Below are positions 18,618-28,607 of a DNA stretch of 64,000 nucleotides, in pieces. The stretch lies in assembly GCA_963823665.1 (NCBI GenBank), contig CAWGMQ010000010.1:2272001-2336000 (forward strand), given 5' to 3'. The stretch is from an uncultured Planctomycetota bacterium. Its GTDB lineage: Bacteria; Planctomycetota; Planctomycetia; Isosphaerales; Isosphaeraceae. Made by a program: the position numbers and the translations under genes. The notes beneath the pieces were generated by a model. It was not told the DNA's origin. It did not search any database and worked only from the letters and a program-made list of their open reading frames with translations. How positions within the stretch are numbered: the first letter of the stretch is position 1; each line of letters opens with the position of its first letter.

Positions 18618-20840
18618 TTGGGTCGGAAACGGGGGCGGGCGGCGACGGCGACCTTGAAGACCGCGGGCGCGGTTCGGCAGACGGCGCCGGCGGCTTTGCC
18701 GAAGCCGGCTGCGTCCGGTGACGGCGGCTCACCCGTAACGAGCCCGGGTCGCGCACGCATTCGATCCCACGTCTGGATTGGCTTGGCAGTAGCGGGGCTG
18801 CTCTTGCTTCATTACGCCGTGGCCGCCCGGAGCCTGCTCGAGGAAAACCCGACGATCGACGAGGTCGTGCACCTGCCCGCCGGAGTGACGTACTGGCAAC
18901 GCGGCACCTTTCGCCTGTACCACCATAATCCGCCGCTGGTGAAATTGGTGGCGGCCCTTCCGGTCGTCTGGTCAGGAGTGGTCACGGCGCCGCTGTATGA
19001 ATCCGGCAGTTGGAAGTCGGCAGTCCCCAGTCAAGCGGCGTTTGGCCACCTTTTCGCAGCCCTCAACGCCGAGCGGTTCTTTGAGTTGTTTCAGCTTGCA
19101 AGGCTCATGATGCCTCTTTTTTCCGTGCTGGGGGGGCTGGTCGTGTTTGAATGGTCGCGCCGGCTATACGGCATATGGGGAGGGTTCTTGAGTCTCGCGC
19201 TCTGGGTCTTTTGCCCGAACGTCCTTGCGCACGGGCGATTGATCACGACCGACATGGGGTCGACGTCACTTGGAGTCGCGGCGACGTTTGTCTTCTGGCT
19301 GTATCTTCAGAAACCAAGCTGGCGCCGGGCCGTCGCCGCGGGCGTTCTGCTGGGATTGGCGGAGCTCACCAAGTTCAGCATGCTGCTGCTCTACGCTGTC
19401 TGGCCGATTCTGTGGCTCTGCCAGGTCATCGTGGTGTGGCCCCGGACGGAACGGCTCGCCCGCGCTCGGCGTGGCCTGGTCCACGGCGCTGTGATCGTCA
19501 CGATCTCGTTCTTGACGATCGATGCCGGCTATCTATTCGAGGGAGTTGGGAAGCCGCTCGGCCGGTTTGAATTCGGTTCCCGAACTCTGACGACATGGGT
19601 CAGGCCCGGGATGAAGCGCCCGCACAGCCCCAACCCGCTCCTGGACGTGGTCTGGCAGTTCCGCGTCAACCGATTCCGGGGAACGTGGCTTGCCGGCATT
19701 CCCTGCCCCTTACCCGAGCACTATGTGCTCGGATTCGACGAACAGAAGATCGAGACCGAGGGCGTGCCGCGGCAATGGGATGAGGCGGATTTCGCAGACA
19801 AGAGCGCGAGAGAGCGAGCGAAGCCCGGCGCCACTGACATCGAGGCAAAGGCCGATGCCGTCGCCCGGCTATTGAGCGCACCGGAGATTCCCGTCCAAGG
19901 CATCGAAGGCTACCCCGTCTACTTGAACGGCGACATTCGCCGAACCGGGTGGTGGTATTATTTTCCGCTCACGCTTGTCTTCAAGATCCCGGAGGGGACC
20001 TGGATCTTGATTCTGCTGTCTCTTGCCGCCGGCGTGGCGACCATTCGATCGCGCGCGTCAGTTGCGCAGGAGCTTGTGCTGTGCACAGTGCCGGTCGTCG
20101 TCCTGTTCTCGATGAGTTTCCTGACTGATATTAACATCGGCTTGCGCTACGTGCTTCCAATTTTTCCTTATATGTTTATTTTTATAGGAAAGGTGGCTCC
20201 GTGGATACTCGCGATGGCAGGGCTCAAGAAGCAAATGATGGGCTCGCTCGCGGCCGGTTCGCTCGCGCTTGTGATTGCGGCGACAGCGCTCGTTCACCCC
20301 CACTACCTCGCCTATTTCAACTGGGCCTCGGGCGGGCCTGATCGAGTGCCGCCGCATCTGATCGACAGCAATCTCGACTGGGGGCAAGATCTCGTCGGGC
20401 TAGAGCGATGGTGCAAGGAGAAGATTCCCGGTGAGCCGATCGGTCTGGCCTATTTCGGTCAGATCAACCCGTCCATCTTTGCGATGCGCGGAGAGTCGTT
20501 CCCGTGGTTTCTGGCACCAGTACGGCCAGGAAGCACGCAACGGATGCCAATGGATTCGAAGCTCGCTGCTGAACTGATCGGCCCGGCGCGACAGCTCGAG
20601 CCCGGGTACTACGCTGTGAGCGTCAGTTCGCTTTACGGGCTCCCTTGGCGATTCTATGATCCGGCGCCCGTGGCGCTTCTGCCGGCATGGAATGCGTCGA
20701 AACCCGGCGCTTTCAGCTATTTTCGCGAGCTGACGCCAATCAAAATAATCGGCCACTCGATCAACATCTATCGGCTGAGTGCAGACGACGCCGTCCGTCT
20801 GAATTCGGACCTCGGGGTGGGAGGCAAGAGGCCGGGCTGA
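18618..20840 (+). CDS. GT-C fold membrane glycosyltransferase (GT39/ArnT/PMT-like)
   Basis: PTIDEVVHL loop after the first TM helix, HNPPLVK, LAHGRLITTD, TKFS, IGLRYVLP and DSNLDWGQDL. Start moved to TTG 18618 after GGAGG because the ORF-track start overlaps xylB. Confidence 0.8.
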   Translation: MGRKRGRAATATLKTAGAVRQTAPAALPKPAASGDGGSPVTSPGRARIRSHVWIGLAVAGLLLLHYAVAARSLLEENPTIDEVVHLPAGVTYWQRGTFRLYHHNPPLVKLVAALPVVWSGVVTAPLYESGSWKSAVPSQAAFGHLFAALNAERFFELFQLARLMMPLFSVLGGLVVFEWSRRLYGIWGGFLSLALWVFCPNVLAHGRLITTDMGSTSLGVAATFVFWLYLQKPSWRRAVAAGVLLGLAELTKFSMLLLYAVWPILWLCQVIVVWPRTERLARARRGLVHGAVIVTISFLTIDAGYLFEGVGKPLGRFEFGSRTLTTWVRPGMKRPHSPNPLLDVVWQFRVNRFRGTWLAGIPCPLPEHYVLGFDEQKIETEGVPRQWDEADFADKSARERAKPGATDIEAKADAVARLLSAPEIPVQGIEGYPVYLNGDIRRTGWWYYFPLTLVFKIPEGTWILILLSLAAGVATIRSRASVAQELVLCTVPVVVLFSMSFLTDINIGLRYVLPIFPYMFIFIGKVAPWILAMAGLKKQMMGSLAAGSLALVIAATALVHPHYLAYFNWASGGPDRVPPHLIDSNLDWGQDLVGLERWCKEKIPGEPIGLAYFGQINPSIFAMRGESFPWFLAPVRPGSTQRMPMDSKLAAELIGPARQLEPGYYAVSVSSLYGLPWRFYDPAPVALLPAWNASKPGAFSYFRELTPIKIIGHSINIYRLSADDAVRLNSDLGVGGKRPG

Positions 20841-20859
20841 AGCCAAAACGAGCGTCGTC

Positions 20860-21761
20860 TCAATCGCTCGGCTTCCGGCAGACGTACACCTGCGCCAGAT
20901 CATCCTCGCTGACCGGACCGAAGTGGACTTCGGTCTGGAACCCTGCTTGTGAGAGCACCTCCGGCAGGTCAGTCCCCAACTCGGTGGAGACGGGATAGCC
21001 CCAGTCGCCGCCGGGATGACAGATGCGCGGCAGTAGATCGCAGATCGACCCGTCGGGCCTCACCGTCGAGCGAGCAATCGTCTGCTTCGTGCCCGGAAGG
21101 ACAGGCACCGTGAAGACATGTCGCCCTCCCGGCGCCAGCACGCGGTGAATTTCGCGGAGGGCCGCGTGCAGGTCGGGCACATGCTCGAGGGTCTCCGAGG
21201 TCAAGATCAGGTCGAACGAATTTTCGCGGTAGGTCAATCGAGTGAGATCCTCTGATCGTGCCCCACCCGGAGCAACACTGGGGTGATCGGCCTCGCCGCT
21301 AAAATCCGACCCCGCATAAAACGGCAGTGTCCGAACGAACGAGTGCACACCGTCAATCCTGTTAATCTCAGCCACGCGAAGCTCGCGGGTCTCGGGCAAG
21401 AGGACCCAGCGCGCAGACACGGGGCAGGGGGGGCCGCGCCCGGGTCGAGCGACAGCAAGACCTGAGCGAGCCGCCGGCCCCGCAGCTTGGCGCCGCAGTG
21501 CGCGCAATCGCCAGATTCCTTGCGAGCCAGGGCTTCCGCCAGGCGAGGCGAGAGGCCCCAGAGTTCTGCAAGTCTGGGCGTGACCACCCGGCGCCGGTAA
21601 ATGAAGATCGCATTTCGCCCGCAGACGATACACCGTCCGAACCGGCCGGATGCAACCGCACCCAGGTAATCGTAAGCGATCCACGCGCCGTGATGGACGG
21701 CGTTCCAGATCGGAACCACGAAGGGCTTCAGGCCGGTTTTGAGCCGAGCGCGGAGTGACAT
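20860..21761 (-). CDS. Class I SAM-dependent methyltransferase with N-terminal Cys motifs (frameshift near 21420)
   Basis: CIVCG and CAHCG at the N-terminus, then EDLTRLTYRENSFDLILTSETLEHVPD...EIHRVLAPGGRHVFTVP. Confidence 0.8.
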
Positions 21762-21895
21762 GGAGGGTTGAGCGGGGTCATCCGTCAGCGTTCGATGAGA
21801 CAGCCACGACTACACAGAGTATAATGGATGCAACAGAAGCGGTCTGTGGAGTGGGCCGTTCTTGTTGCTGGCTGTCTTGAAGCGGAGGGCGAAGC

Positions 21896-22267
21896 ATGGC
21901 AAAGGTCGACACGAGAGCCGCTGCTCCGTCTGGTGAAGACCGCGCAACGATGCACAACTTGTATCGAGAGGGGGGCCTCGATCGCCAAATGGCTCCTCAC
22001 ATTGTCTACGCGGAAGCCACTTGCCCTCATCCCGGCTGTTCACAGCCCATGCAAGCCCTTGACTTCCGACTCGAGGATCACGGACGGGCGATCCACGATC
22101 CGCTCGTTCGTGCCTGGTGGAACGATACGGGATTCGTCGGCCGATGCCCGCAGTGCCACGGGTGGATTCACTTCACCATCCGAACGAAGGCGGCCATCAC
22201 GGACGAGGAAGCGGCCCGCTATCCCCGCCTGCCGGACGACTGGCACGTCAATGCGACGATCCTTTGA
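21896..22267 (+). CDS. Hypothetical protein, probable Zn-binding (CPHPGC...CPQC)
   Basis: GGAGG RBS upstream of the ATG, GC3-rich codon use, two Cys pairs and a normal amino-acid composition. Confidence 0.65.
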   Translation: MAKVDTRAAAPSGEDRATMHNLYREGGLDRQMAPHIVYAEATCPHPGCSQPMQALDFRLEDHGRAIHDPLVRAWWNDTGFVGRCPQCHGWIHFTIRTKAAITDEEAARYPRLPDDWHVNATIL

Positions 22268-22975
22268 GGCGGCCGGAATGCGCGGGGCTCGTTTTGAACA
22301 CTGCATGGCCAGGTCGGATTGCGCTGGCGGCAGCCGAGCCTCGAAGTTCGTGACCGCCTTTCCGTGCCTGTTGAACAGGGCAGTTTCAATCTGCACCGCC
22401 AGGACCGCGCGACTCCAACCATGTTCGACCGTCTTCGCGGCATACCAAAGCCGCTGGGCTCGGTCCTTCACTTTCTGAATCAAGATCACATTATGCCCCC
22501 ACGGAAGACCGACAACTTCGGCGGGAGGCTTTTCACTCTCTAATTGTCGCACAGCCTGTGCGACTTTTGGCAAGCCCTTGGTTTGTCGCACAGCCTGTGC
22601 GACTTTTCGATCGTCTTCCAATTGTCGCACAGCTTGTGCGACTTTTTCCGCCAGCCTATACGCCAGGTAAAATGCCCGCATCCGGAAGACGTTGCTCCGG
22701 GAGAAACCGGTGACGCCCGGGAACGCCTTTCTTAAGTCGTCCGCGAGGCGTTCCAGAACGTTTTGCCCCCAACCTGCTTGCTCTTGCCGCTCACAGATCA
22801 AGCGCCCGATGTCCCAGTAAAGTTGAATCACCTCTCGGTTGGCCGCGAGGATTGCCTTCGTCTGCGCTCGCTGAATGCGATTCTTGAGCGAGTCCAGAAA
22901 CGCAGCGTAGCCGGCGGGCCGGCCGGCGGTCGCTCGTTTGATCCTCGTCGTCGTCGTCTTCTTCTTTCGGGCCAT
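22248..22975 (-). pseudogene. DUF1016/YhcG family protein, N-terminal domain only (nuclease domain lost)
   Basis: YAAFLDSLKNRIQRAQ..N.EVIQLYWDIG...WG..VLERLADDL...GFSRSNVFRMRAFY...LPWGHN...WY...HGWSR...TNFEARLPPAQSDLAMQ. Similarity stops where the family continues with xKDPY; restoring one G gives QVFK and a stop at 22248. Confidence 0.85.
22544..22646. repeat. Three 25-bp palindromic direct repeats (period 39 bp) in frame inside the DUF1016 gene
   Basis: TTGTCGCACAGC(C/T)TGTGCGACTTTT at 22544, 22583 and 22622, separated by unique 14-bp spacers. Each encodes KVAQAVRQ. Confidence 0.95.
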
Positions 22976-23096
22976 CAGCCTGACTCCACCGGAATCGTCG
23001 TAATGTAGGCGAAAAAAAAACGCTCTCGACGATGGTGTCGTCTTTCGGCGCGCTCCGACGCGCACGCTGTTACGCGACAACACGATCCCGGTCGCC

Positions 23097-23125
23097 TTGA
23101 CCCCACGCCCTTCTTCGATTACGAT
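23097..23125 (+). promoter_or_regulatory. Sigma70-type promoter of ispG
   Basis: TTGACC-N17-TACGAT, about 70 nt upstream of the ispG ATG. Confidence 0.65.
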
Positions 23126-23196
23126 GGGTGCATGTGTTCGGCGCAAGCTGTACGCGCGCAATTGTTTGTTGCATCACGACTTCAGGACGCAAATCA

Positions 23197-24366
23197 ATGG
23201 CCTACGCGACGACCGTCGAGCGCCACAAGACCCGTGAAGTGGGCCTTGGAGGGCAGATTGTCGGGGGTGACAATCCCGTCTCGGTGCAGTCGATGACCAC
23301 CACCAACACCTTCGACGTTGCCCAGACGCTCGCTCAGATTCACCGGCTCGAAGAGGTTGGGTGCGAGATCGTGCGCGTGACCGTGCCCAAGAAGGAAGAC
23401 GTTGAAGCCGTCAAGTTGATTCGTGACCAGATCAGCATCCCCTTGATTGCCGATATCCATTATGATTACCGCATGGCGCTGCAATGCCTGGACGCGGTGA
23501 CTCCCTCCGGAAAGCACGCCGTCGACAAGATCCGGATCAACCCCGGCAATATCGGCGGCGAAGAGCGATTCATGGAAATCGTGCGCAAGGCGCGTGATAA
23601 AGGCATCCCGATGCGTGTCGGGGTAAATTCGGGGAGCCTTGAGAAAGACCTGATCGACAAGTACGGGTATCCTTGCCCCGAAGCGATGGTCGAGAGCGCG
23701 CTGCGGTACATCGAGATGGCCGAGCGGCTCGGCTACAAGCTCATGATCATCAGCCTGAAGGCCAGCCATGTGCCCACTGCCGTCGCTTGCTACACGCAGT
23801 ACGCAGCGCAGAGCGACTACCCCACGCACGTAGGCATCACCGAGGCCGGCTCCCGTGAGTATGGCACGCTCAAGAGCGCGGCCGGCATCGGGGCGGTGCT
23901 CCTGCGCGGTATCGGCGATACGATTCGCGTTTCCCTCCTGGGTGACCCCGTGCCCGAGATTGCGGCTGGGTTTGACATCTTGCGCGCCTGCGACCGGCGG
24001 GTGACCAAGCCCGAGGTCGTCGCTTGCCCCACCTGCGGGCGGCTTGACATCGACCTCGAGCGCATCGTGGCCGAAGTCGAAGACAAGATGAAGGACATGA
24101 AGAACCCGCTGCGCATCAGCATCCTGGGCTGCCTGGTCAACGGCTTCGGCGAAGCCAAGGAGGCCGATCTGGGCATCGCCGCAGGCGCCGGCAAGGGCAT
24201 CATTTTCAAGCGCGGTGTGCCGATTCGCCACGTCAAGGAAGCCGACATGGTGCAGGCCCTGCTTGAGGAAGTTGAGCGGTTTGACGAAGAGACTCGTCCG
24301 CTCGATTCGTACATCGAGAAGGAAAAGCAGAAGCAGCAGAAGCTGGCCTTGCCGGTGCTGAACTGA
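23197..24366 (+). CDS. ispG: (E)-4-hydroxy-3-methylbut-2-enyl-diphosphate synthase
   Basis: VSVQSMT, PLIADIHY, KIRINPGNIG, RVGVNSGSL, HVGITEAG, GIGDTIRVSL, and Fe-S ligands CPTCGR and GCLVNGFGE. Confidence 0.97.
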   Translation: MAYATTVERHKTREVGLGGQIVGGDNPVSVQSMTTTNTFDVAQTLAQIHRLEEVGCEIVRVTVPKKEDVEAVKLIRDQISIPLIADIHYDYRMALQCLDAVTPSGKHAVDKIRINPGNIGGEERFMEIVRKARDKGIPMRVGVNSGSLEKDLIDKYGYPCPEAMVESALRYIEMAERLGYKLMIISLKASHVPTAVACYTQYAAQSDYPTHVGITEAGSREYGTLKSAAGIGAVLLRGIGDTIRVSLLGDPVPEIAAGFDILRACDRRVTKPEVVACPTCGRLDIDLERIVAEVEDKMKDMKNPLRISILGCLVNGFGEAKEADLGIAAGAGKGIIFKRGVPIRHVKEADMVQALLEEVERFDEETRPLDSYIEKEKQKQQKLALPVLN

Positions 24367-24375
24367 GGCGATTGA

Positions 24376-25845
24376 TCAGCCCTGCTTGAGCCCGATTGAG
24401 ACGCATTTGGTTTCCAGGTAGGCATCGAGCCCTTCGATGCCCAGCTCGCGGCCCATGCCTGATTCCTTCATGCCGCCGAAGGGGCATTGCGGCGTGGCGG
24501 GGACCGGGTCGTTGATGCCGATGATGCCCGCTTCGAGGCCTTCGGCCATGCGAGTGGCGACCGTCAGGTCATTGGTGAAGACATACGCGGCCAGCCCGTA
24601 CGGCGTATTGTTGGCGGCGGCAATTACGTCGTCGATTTTCGAGAAGTCGATGAGCGGCATGACGGGTGCGAAGGGCTCTTCGGTCATGACCTGCATGCCA
24701 TTCGTGACCTCACGCAGCACGGTCGGCTCGAACCAGAAGCCTTTTGAAAAGCGGGTCGAGCGGGCACCGCCGGTCAAGACCTTGGCACCCTTGCCGCGGG
24801 CATCGTCCACGAGCGCCGCGGTCTTTTCAAGTGCCTTGGCCTCGAACATCGGGCCGACCTGCACGCCCGGCTCCAGTCCGTTGCCGATGTTGAGCTTCTT
24901 CGTCAGCTCGACGGCGGCCTCGGTGAAGCCCTTGGCGATCTTCTCGTGCAGGTAGAACCTCGACGGCGAGATGCACACCTGGCCGTTATTGCGGAACTTG
25001 CCCAGTACGGCTGCCTGTGCGACCTGCTCGATGTCGGCGTCCGGAAAAACGATCAGCGGTGCGTGCCCGCCCAGTTCGAGGCTCAGCCGCTTGACCTGCG
25101 CGGCCGATCGCTTGATCAGTTCCTTGCCGACCTCGGTCGACCCCGTGAAGCTGATCTTGCGCACGGCCGGGCTCTCGAAGAAGACGTCGGCAAGCGCGCG
25201 CGAGGGCCCAAGCACCAGGTTCGCCACGCCCGGCGGCGCGCCGGCATCGGCAAGGCATGCGAACATCTGGATCAAGGTCAGCGGAGTCTGGTCCGCCGGC
25301 CGGCTCACGACCGTGCAGCCCGCTGCCATCGCCGCCGCGATCTTCCGGCTGGGCAGCGCGGCCGGGAAATTCCACGGGGTGATCGTGCACACGACGCCGA
25401 CGGGATGCTTGATCGCGTAATAGCGCTTGGCGATGTTGGCCGGCGGAATGATCCTCCCATACGTGCGCTTGCCCTCCTCGGCAAACCACTCGAACGTATC
25501 GGCCGCGTGCAGCACCTCGGTCTTGGCCTCGGCCAGCGGCTTGCCCTGCTCCATCGTCAGTGTTCGACCGATCGTCTCGACGCGGTCGCGCATCAACTCG
25601 GCCGTTTTCTTCAAGACCTTACCGCGGTCATACGCCGACAAGGCGCGCCAGGCAGGAAACGCCCGGCTCGCCGCATCGATCGCGCGCCGGGCTTCGTCAG
25701 CGGATCCATAAGCCACCTCCGCGACCACCGACTCATCCGCCGGATTGATCACAGCCAGCGTCTTGCCCGTAAGCGCGTCGCACCACGCACCCTCGATGTA
25801 CATCTGCGTCGGAATCTTCTCTGCAACTGCGGTCGACATGGGCAT
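24376..25845 (-). CDS. gabD: NAD(P)-dependent succinate-semialdehyde dehydrogenase family aldehyde dehydrogenase
   Basis: ITPWNFP, ISFTGSTEVG, LELGGHAP, KFRNNGQVC, EEPFAP and PFGGMKESGMGRE. Confidence 0.85.
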   Translation of the reverse strand: MPMSTAVAEKIPTQMYIEGAWCDALTGKTLAVINPADESVVAEVAYGSADEARRAIDAASRAFPAWRALSAYDRGKVLKKTAELMRDRVETIGRTLTMEQGKPLAEAKTEVLHAADTFEWFAEEGKRTYGRIIPPANIAKRYYAIKHPVGVVCTITPWNFPAALPSRKIAAAMAAGCTVVSRPADQTPLTLIQMFACLADAGAPPGVANLVLGPSRALADVFFESPAVRKISFTGSTEVGKELIKRSAAQVKRLSLELGGHAPLIVFPDADIEQVAQAAVLGKFRNNGQVCISPSRFYLHEKIAKGFTEAAVELTKKLNIGNGLEPGVQVGPMFEAKALEKTAALVDDARGKGAKVLTGGARSTRFSKGFWFEPTVLREVTNGMQVMTEEPFAPVMPLIDFSKIDDVIAAANNTPYGLAAYVFTNDLTVATRMAEGLEAGIIGINDPVPATPQCPFGGMKESGMGRELGIEGLDAYLETKCVSIGLKQG

Positions 25846-26152
25846 CTCGCTCCCCTCGTGGCTCAACCTTGCTGTGATACGAATGACGCGGCCGGATCTC
25901 CTCGGACTACCAGAGGCCCGGCTTCTTGCATCGTAAAGGCATGATCAAGTGCCAGGATAGCGGCCGTGTGAACCACATTCAATGACGGGCCTCAGCGGAG
26001 AGGCTGTGCCTCCCCACCTACGAGTCTTTCCCAAATCGCCCATTCTCAAACGATAACTCGCTAAACCCGGAGCAACCGGCTCAACTCTCCCGATCGTTCC
26101 AGCCGATATCTAAGTACAAGGCATATCACCGGGCGCGAGCGGTATAGCAAGC

Positions 26153-26821
26153 ATGGATGTAGCGTCCCTTTCTTTAGCCTGTGAGTGGAGCATGATCGCA
26201 TTCACGTGCCAGGTTCAACGGAATCCTGGAGCTCCGTCAGTTGCTCGCCGCAGGTCAGGCTTTCAGCCTGACGTTCGGCCTTCAAGAAGGCACCAGATCA
26301 CTCGGCTGGCTGGGATTGCGCTCTTGGTCGTGTCGTGTCAACTCGGGGCCTCGCATACAGCTTCGGCCTCACCGATCAAGCACTCGCATCCTCTCTCGGA
26401 AACAGCACGTCTCGACGCGGAGCTTGGTCATTCCTGGGCCGCTTATTTGATGGCGGGGCCGAGCGTGTGGACCAAGGTTATCCATCCAGAAGTGACTCCT
26501 GACCTTCGCACGGCGATCTGGCAGGCGCTCGGGAGCACGGACGCGGCGTCGAACCCGATGGTGGAATTCCTGCTCTGGAAACAGAGCCTCGACCCGGCCC
26601 GATTCGCCCGATATCACCCCCACGTTGCGCCGATTCTCAACCGGATTTCGACGGCGAGCCTGGGAAGTCAGACGACCGCGCCCTCGACATCGACGAGCAC
26701 CAGCACGACCCCGATCATACAGCCCCAGACACTGACGCCAGCCGTTCCCGAGCCCGGCCCTTGGCTGCTGGCCCTGGGGATGACCGGATGGGGCCTCTGG
26801 TGGCGCAGGCGGCCGCGGTGA
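26153..26821 (+). CDS. PEP-CTERM sorting domain protein
   Basis: Hydrophobic signal-like segment, Ser/Thr-rich linker, and C-terminal VPEP plus TM helix plus RRRPR. The start codon is uncertain. Confidence 0.8.
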   Translation: MDVASLSLACEWSMIAFTCQVQRNPGAPSVARRRSGFQPDVRPSRRHQITRLAGIALLVVSCQLGASHTASASPIKHSHPLSETARLDAELGHSWAAYLMAGPSVWTKVIHPEVTPDLRTAIWQALGSTDAASNPMVEFLLWKQSLDPARFARYHPHVAPILNRISTASLGSQTTAPSTSTSTSTTPIIQPQTLTPAVPEPGPWLLALGMTGWGLWWRRRPR

Positions 26822-26950
26822 GTGACGAAACAGCGGGGCGATGGTAAATTCGAGCGGCAAGCTTACACGTGAACCGCCCGACACACGCCCTTGTCCGGTT
26901 GTTGGTGGAGAGATTCGAGGCTTCGGGCCAGGCCGAGCAACACGGAACGG

Positions 26951-28541
26951 ATGATGTCAGACAAACCGCGATATTTCATCACGACGGCGATCGACTACCC
27001 CAACAGCCGGCCGCACATCGGCACGGCGTTCGAGAAGATCGGGGCCGACGTGCAAGCCCGCTTCCGCCGCATGGAGGGCTTCGACGTCCACTTCTTGATG
27101 GGGAACGACGAGAACACGATCAAGGTGCCCCAGCGCGCCCGCGACCTGGGCGTGAGCCCCCAGGAATACGTGGATGACATGGCGCGGCAGTTCCAGGACG
27201 TCTGGCGCGCGCTCGACATCTCGTACGACGAATTCATCCAGACGAGCGAGCCGCGGCACCATACCGGCTGCCAGAAGTTCATCCAGGCCGTCTTCGATGC
27301 GGGCGACATCTACAAAGGCGTGTATCAAGGCCACTACTGCAACGGCTGCGAGACCTTCAAGACCGAGAAGGAAGTGGAAGAAGGCAACGGGAGGTGCCCG
27401 AATCACCCGAACACTGCGCTCGTCTGGCTCGAAGAGAACAACTACTTCTTCCGCCTCTCGGCCTATCGCGACAAGCTGCTCGCGCACTATGCGGCCCATC
27501 CCGAGTTCATTCAGCCCGAAAGCCGGCGCAACGAGGTGGTGAACCTGGTCGAGACCGAGCTCAGGGATATTGCCATCACCCGCAAAGGGTTCTCCTGGGG
27601 CATCAAGGTGCCGTTCGACCCCGAGCAGACGATCTACGTCTGGTTCGACGCCTTGCTCAACTACATCACCGCGATCGGCTACGGGACCGACGAAGAGCGA
27701 TTCAGGAAGATCTGGCCGGCGAGCGTGCACGTCATCGGCAAGGACATCACTCGGTTCCACTGCGCTTTATGGCCGGCCATGCTAATGTCGGCCGGAGTGC
27801 CGCTGCCTGAGCGCGTGTTCGGCCACGGCTTCGTCTATCGCAAGAATGAAGAAACCGGCGAGGTGCAGAAGCTTTCGCAAGACGCTGGGAAACGTCGTCG
27901 AGCCCATGGAGCTCATCGACAAGTTCTCCGTCGAGGGCTTTCGGTACTATTTCATGAGCCAGTGCCCCTTCGGCGGCGACGGCGAGTTTTCGTTCGAGCG
28001 CTTTGCGGAGACGTACAACAGCGGTCTGGCCAATAACCTGGGGAACCTTTACAGCCGCATCCTGACGATGTGCATCAAGTATTTCGACGGCCGGTTCGAG
28101 AATGCCGCGGCCGTCGATGTGACTCAGTGGCGGCGTGGTGTCGATATGGCTGACCTGGTCTCGTCGCTCCGAATCGCGATCGGCTCGTTCGACTACAGCT
28201 CGTCATTGCAGCGGATCTGGCGCGACGTGATTGACGTGGCCAACCGATACATCCAGGAGACGGAGCCGTTCAAGCTGGCGAAGACCGATCTGGAAGCCTG
28301 CCGCGCCGTGCTGGTGAACCTCGCCGAGTGGCTGCGGGTAGCCGCGATCTTGATCAAGCCTTTTCTCCCGCGCACGGCCGAGACGTTTTACCGGGCGTTC
28401 AATTTCGAAGAGATTCGGGCGTGGGATCAGGTCAGCTATACGGATGCGGCGGCGCCGCAACTACCGGGTCTGCTCAATGTCACAGCTCCGATAAGCGGCG
28501 GCAAGCCGGCGCCGCTGTTTCCGAAGATTGAAGCGCGGTGA
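26951..28541 (+). CDS. metG: Methionine--tRNA ligase, short form; one frameshift near 27878
   Basis: FITTAIDYPNSRPHIGT (HIGH-like), G.DE, CNGC...CPNH knuckle, YVWFDALLNY, IGKDITRFH, KLS[+1]KTLGN (KMSKS-like) and LANNLGNL. Confidence 0.93.
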
Positions 28542-28552
28542 GTTTTCTTAAT

Positions 28553-28577
28553 GTAGCAGGCACACGCCGTGTGCCGT
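28553..28577 (+). repeat. GTAG-type REP-like element
   Basis: GTAG-CA-GGCACAC-GCC-GTGTGCC: a GTAG tetranucleotide followed by a perfect 7-bp hairpin, just after the metG stop. Confidence 0.55.
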
Positions 28578-28607
28578 AACTGGATTACATCGCGCGGACT
28601 GCGACTA

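Noticed and set aside
22040..22247. C-terminal extension of the DUF1016 ORF as a novel domain
   Set aside because: It is the antisense read-through of the 21896-22267 gene after family similarity has ended.
22544..22646. CRISPR array
   Set aside because: Spacers are only 14 bp, there are three repeats, the array is in frame within a protein-coding gene, and no cas genes or leader are present. Reported instead as an intragenic palindromic array.
27860..27900. Regulatory recoding at the KMSKS-like motif of metG
   Set aside because: One extra base in AAG CTT TCG (C)AAG ACG explains it, and it matches the window-wide indel pattern.
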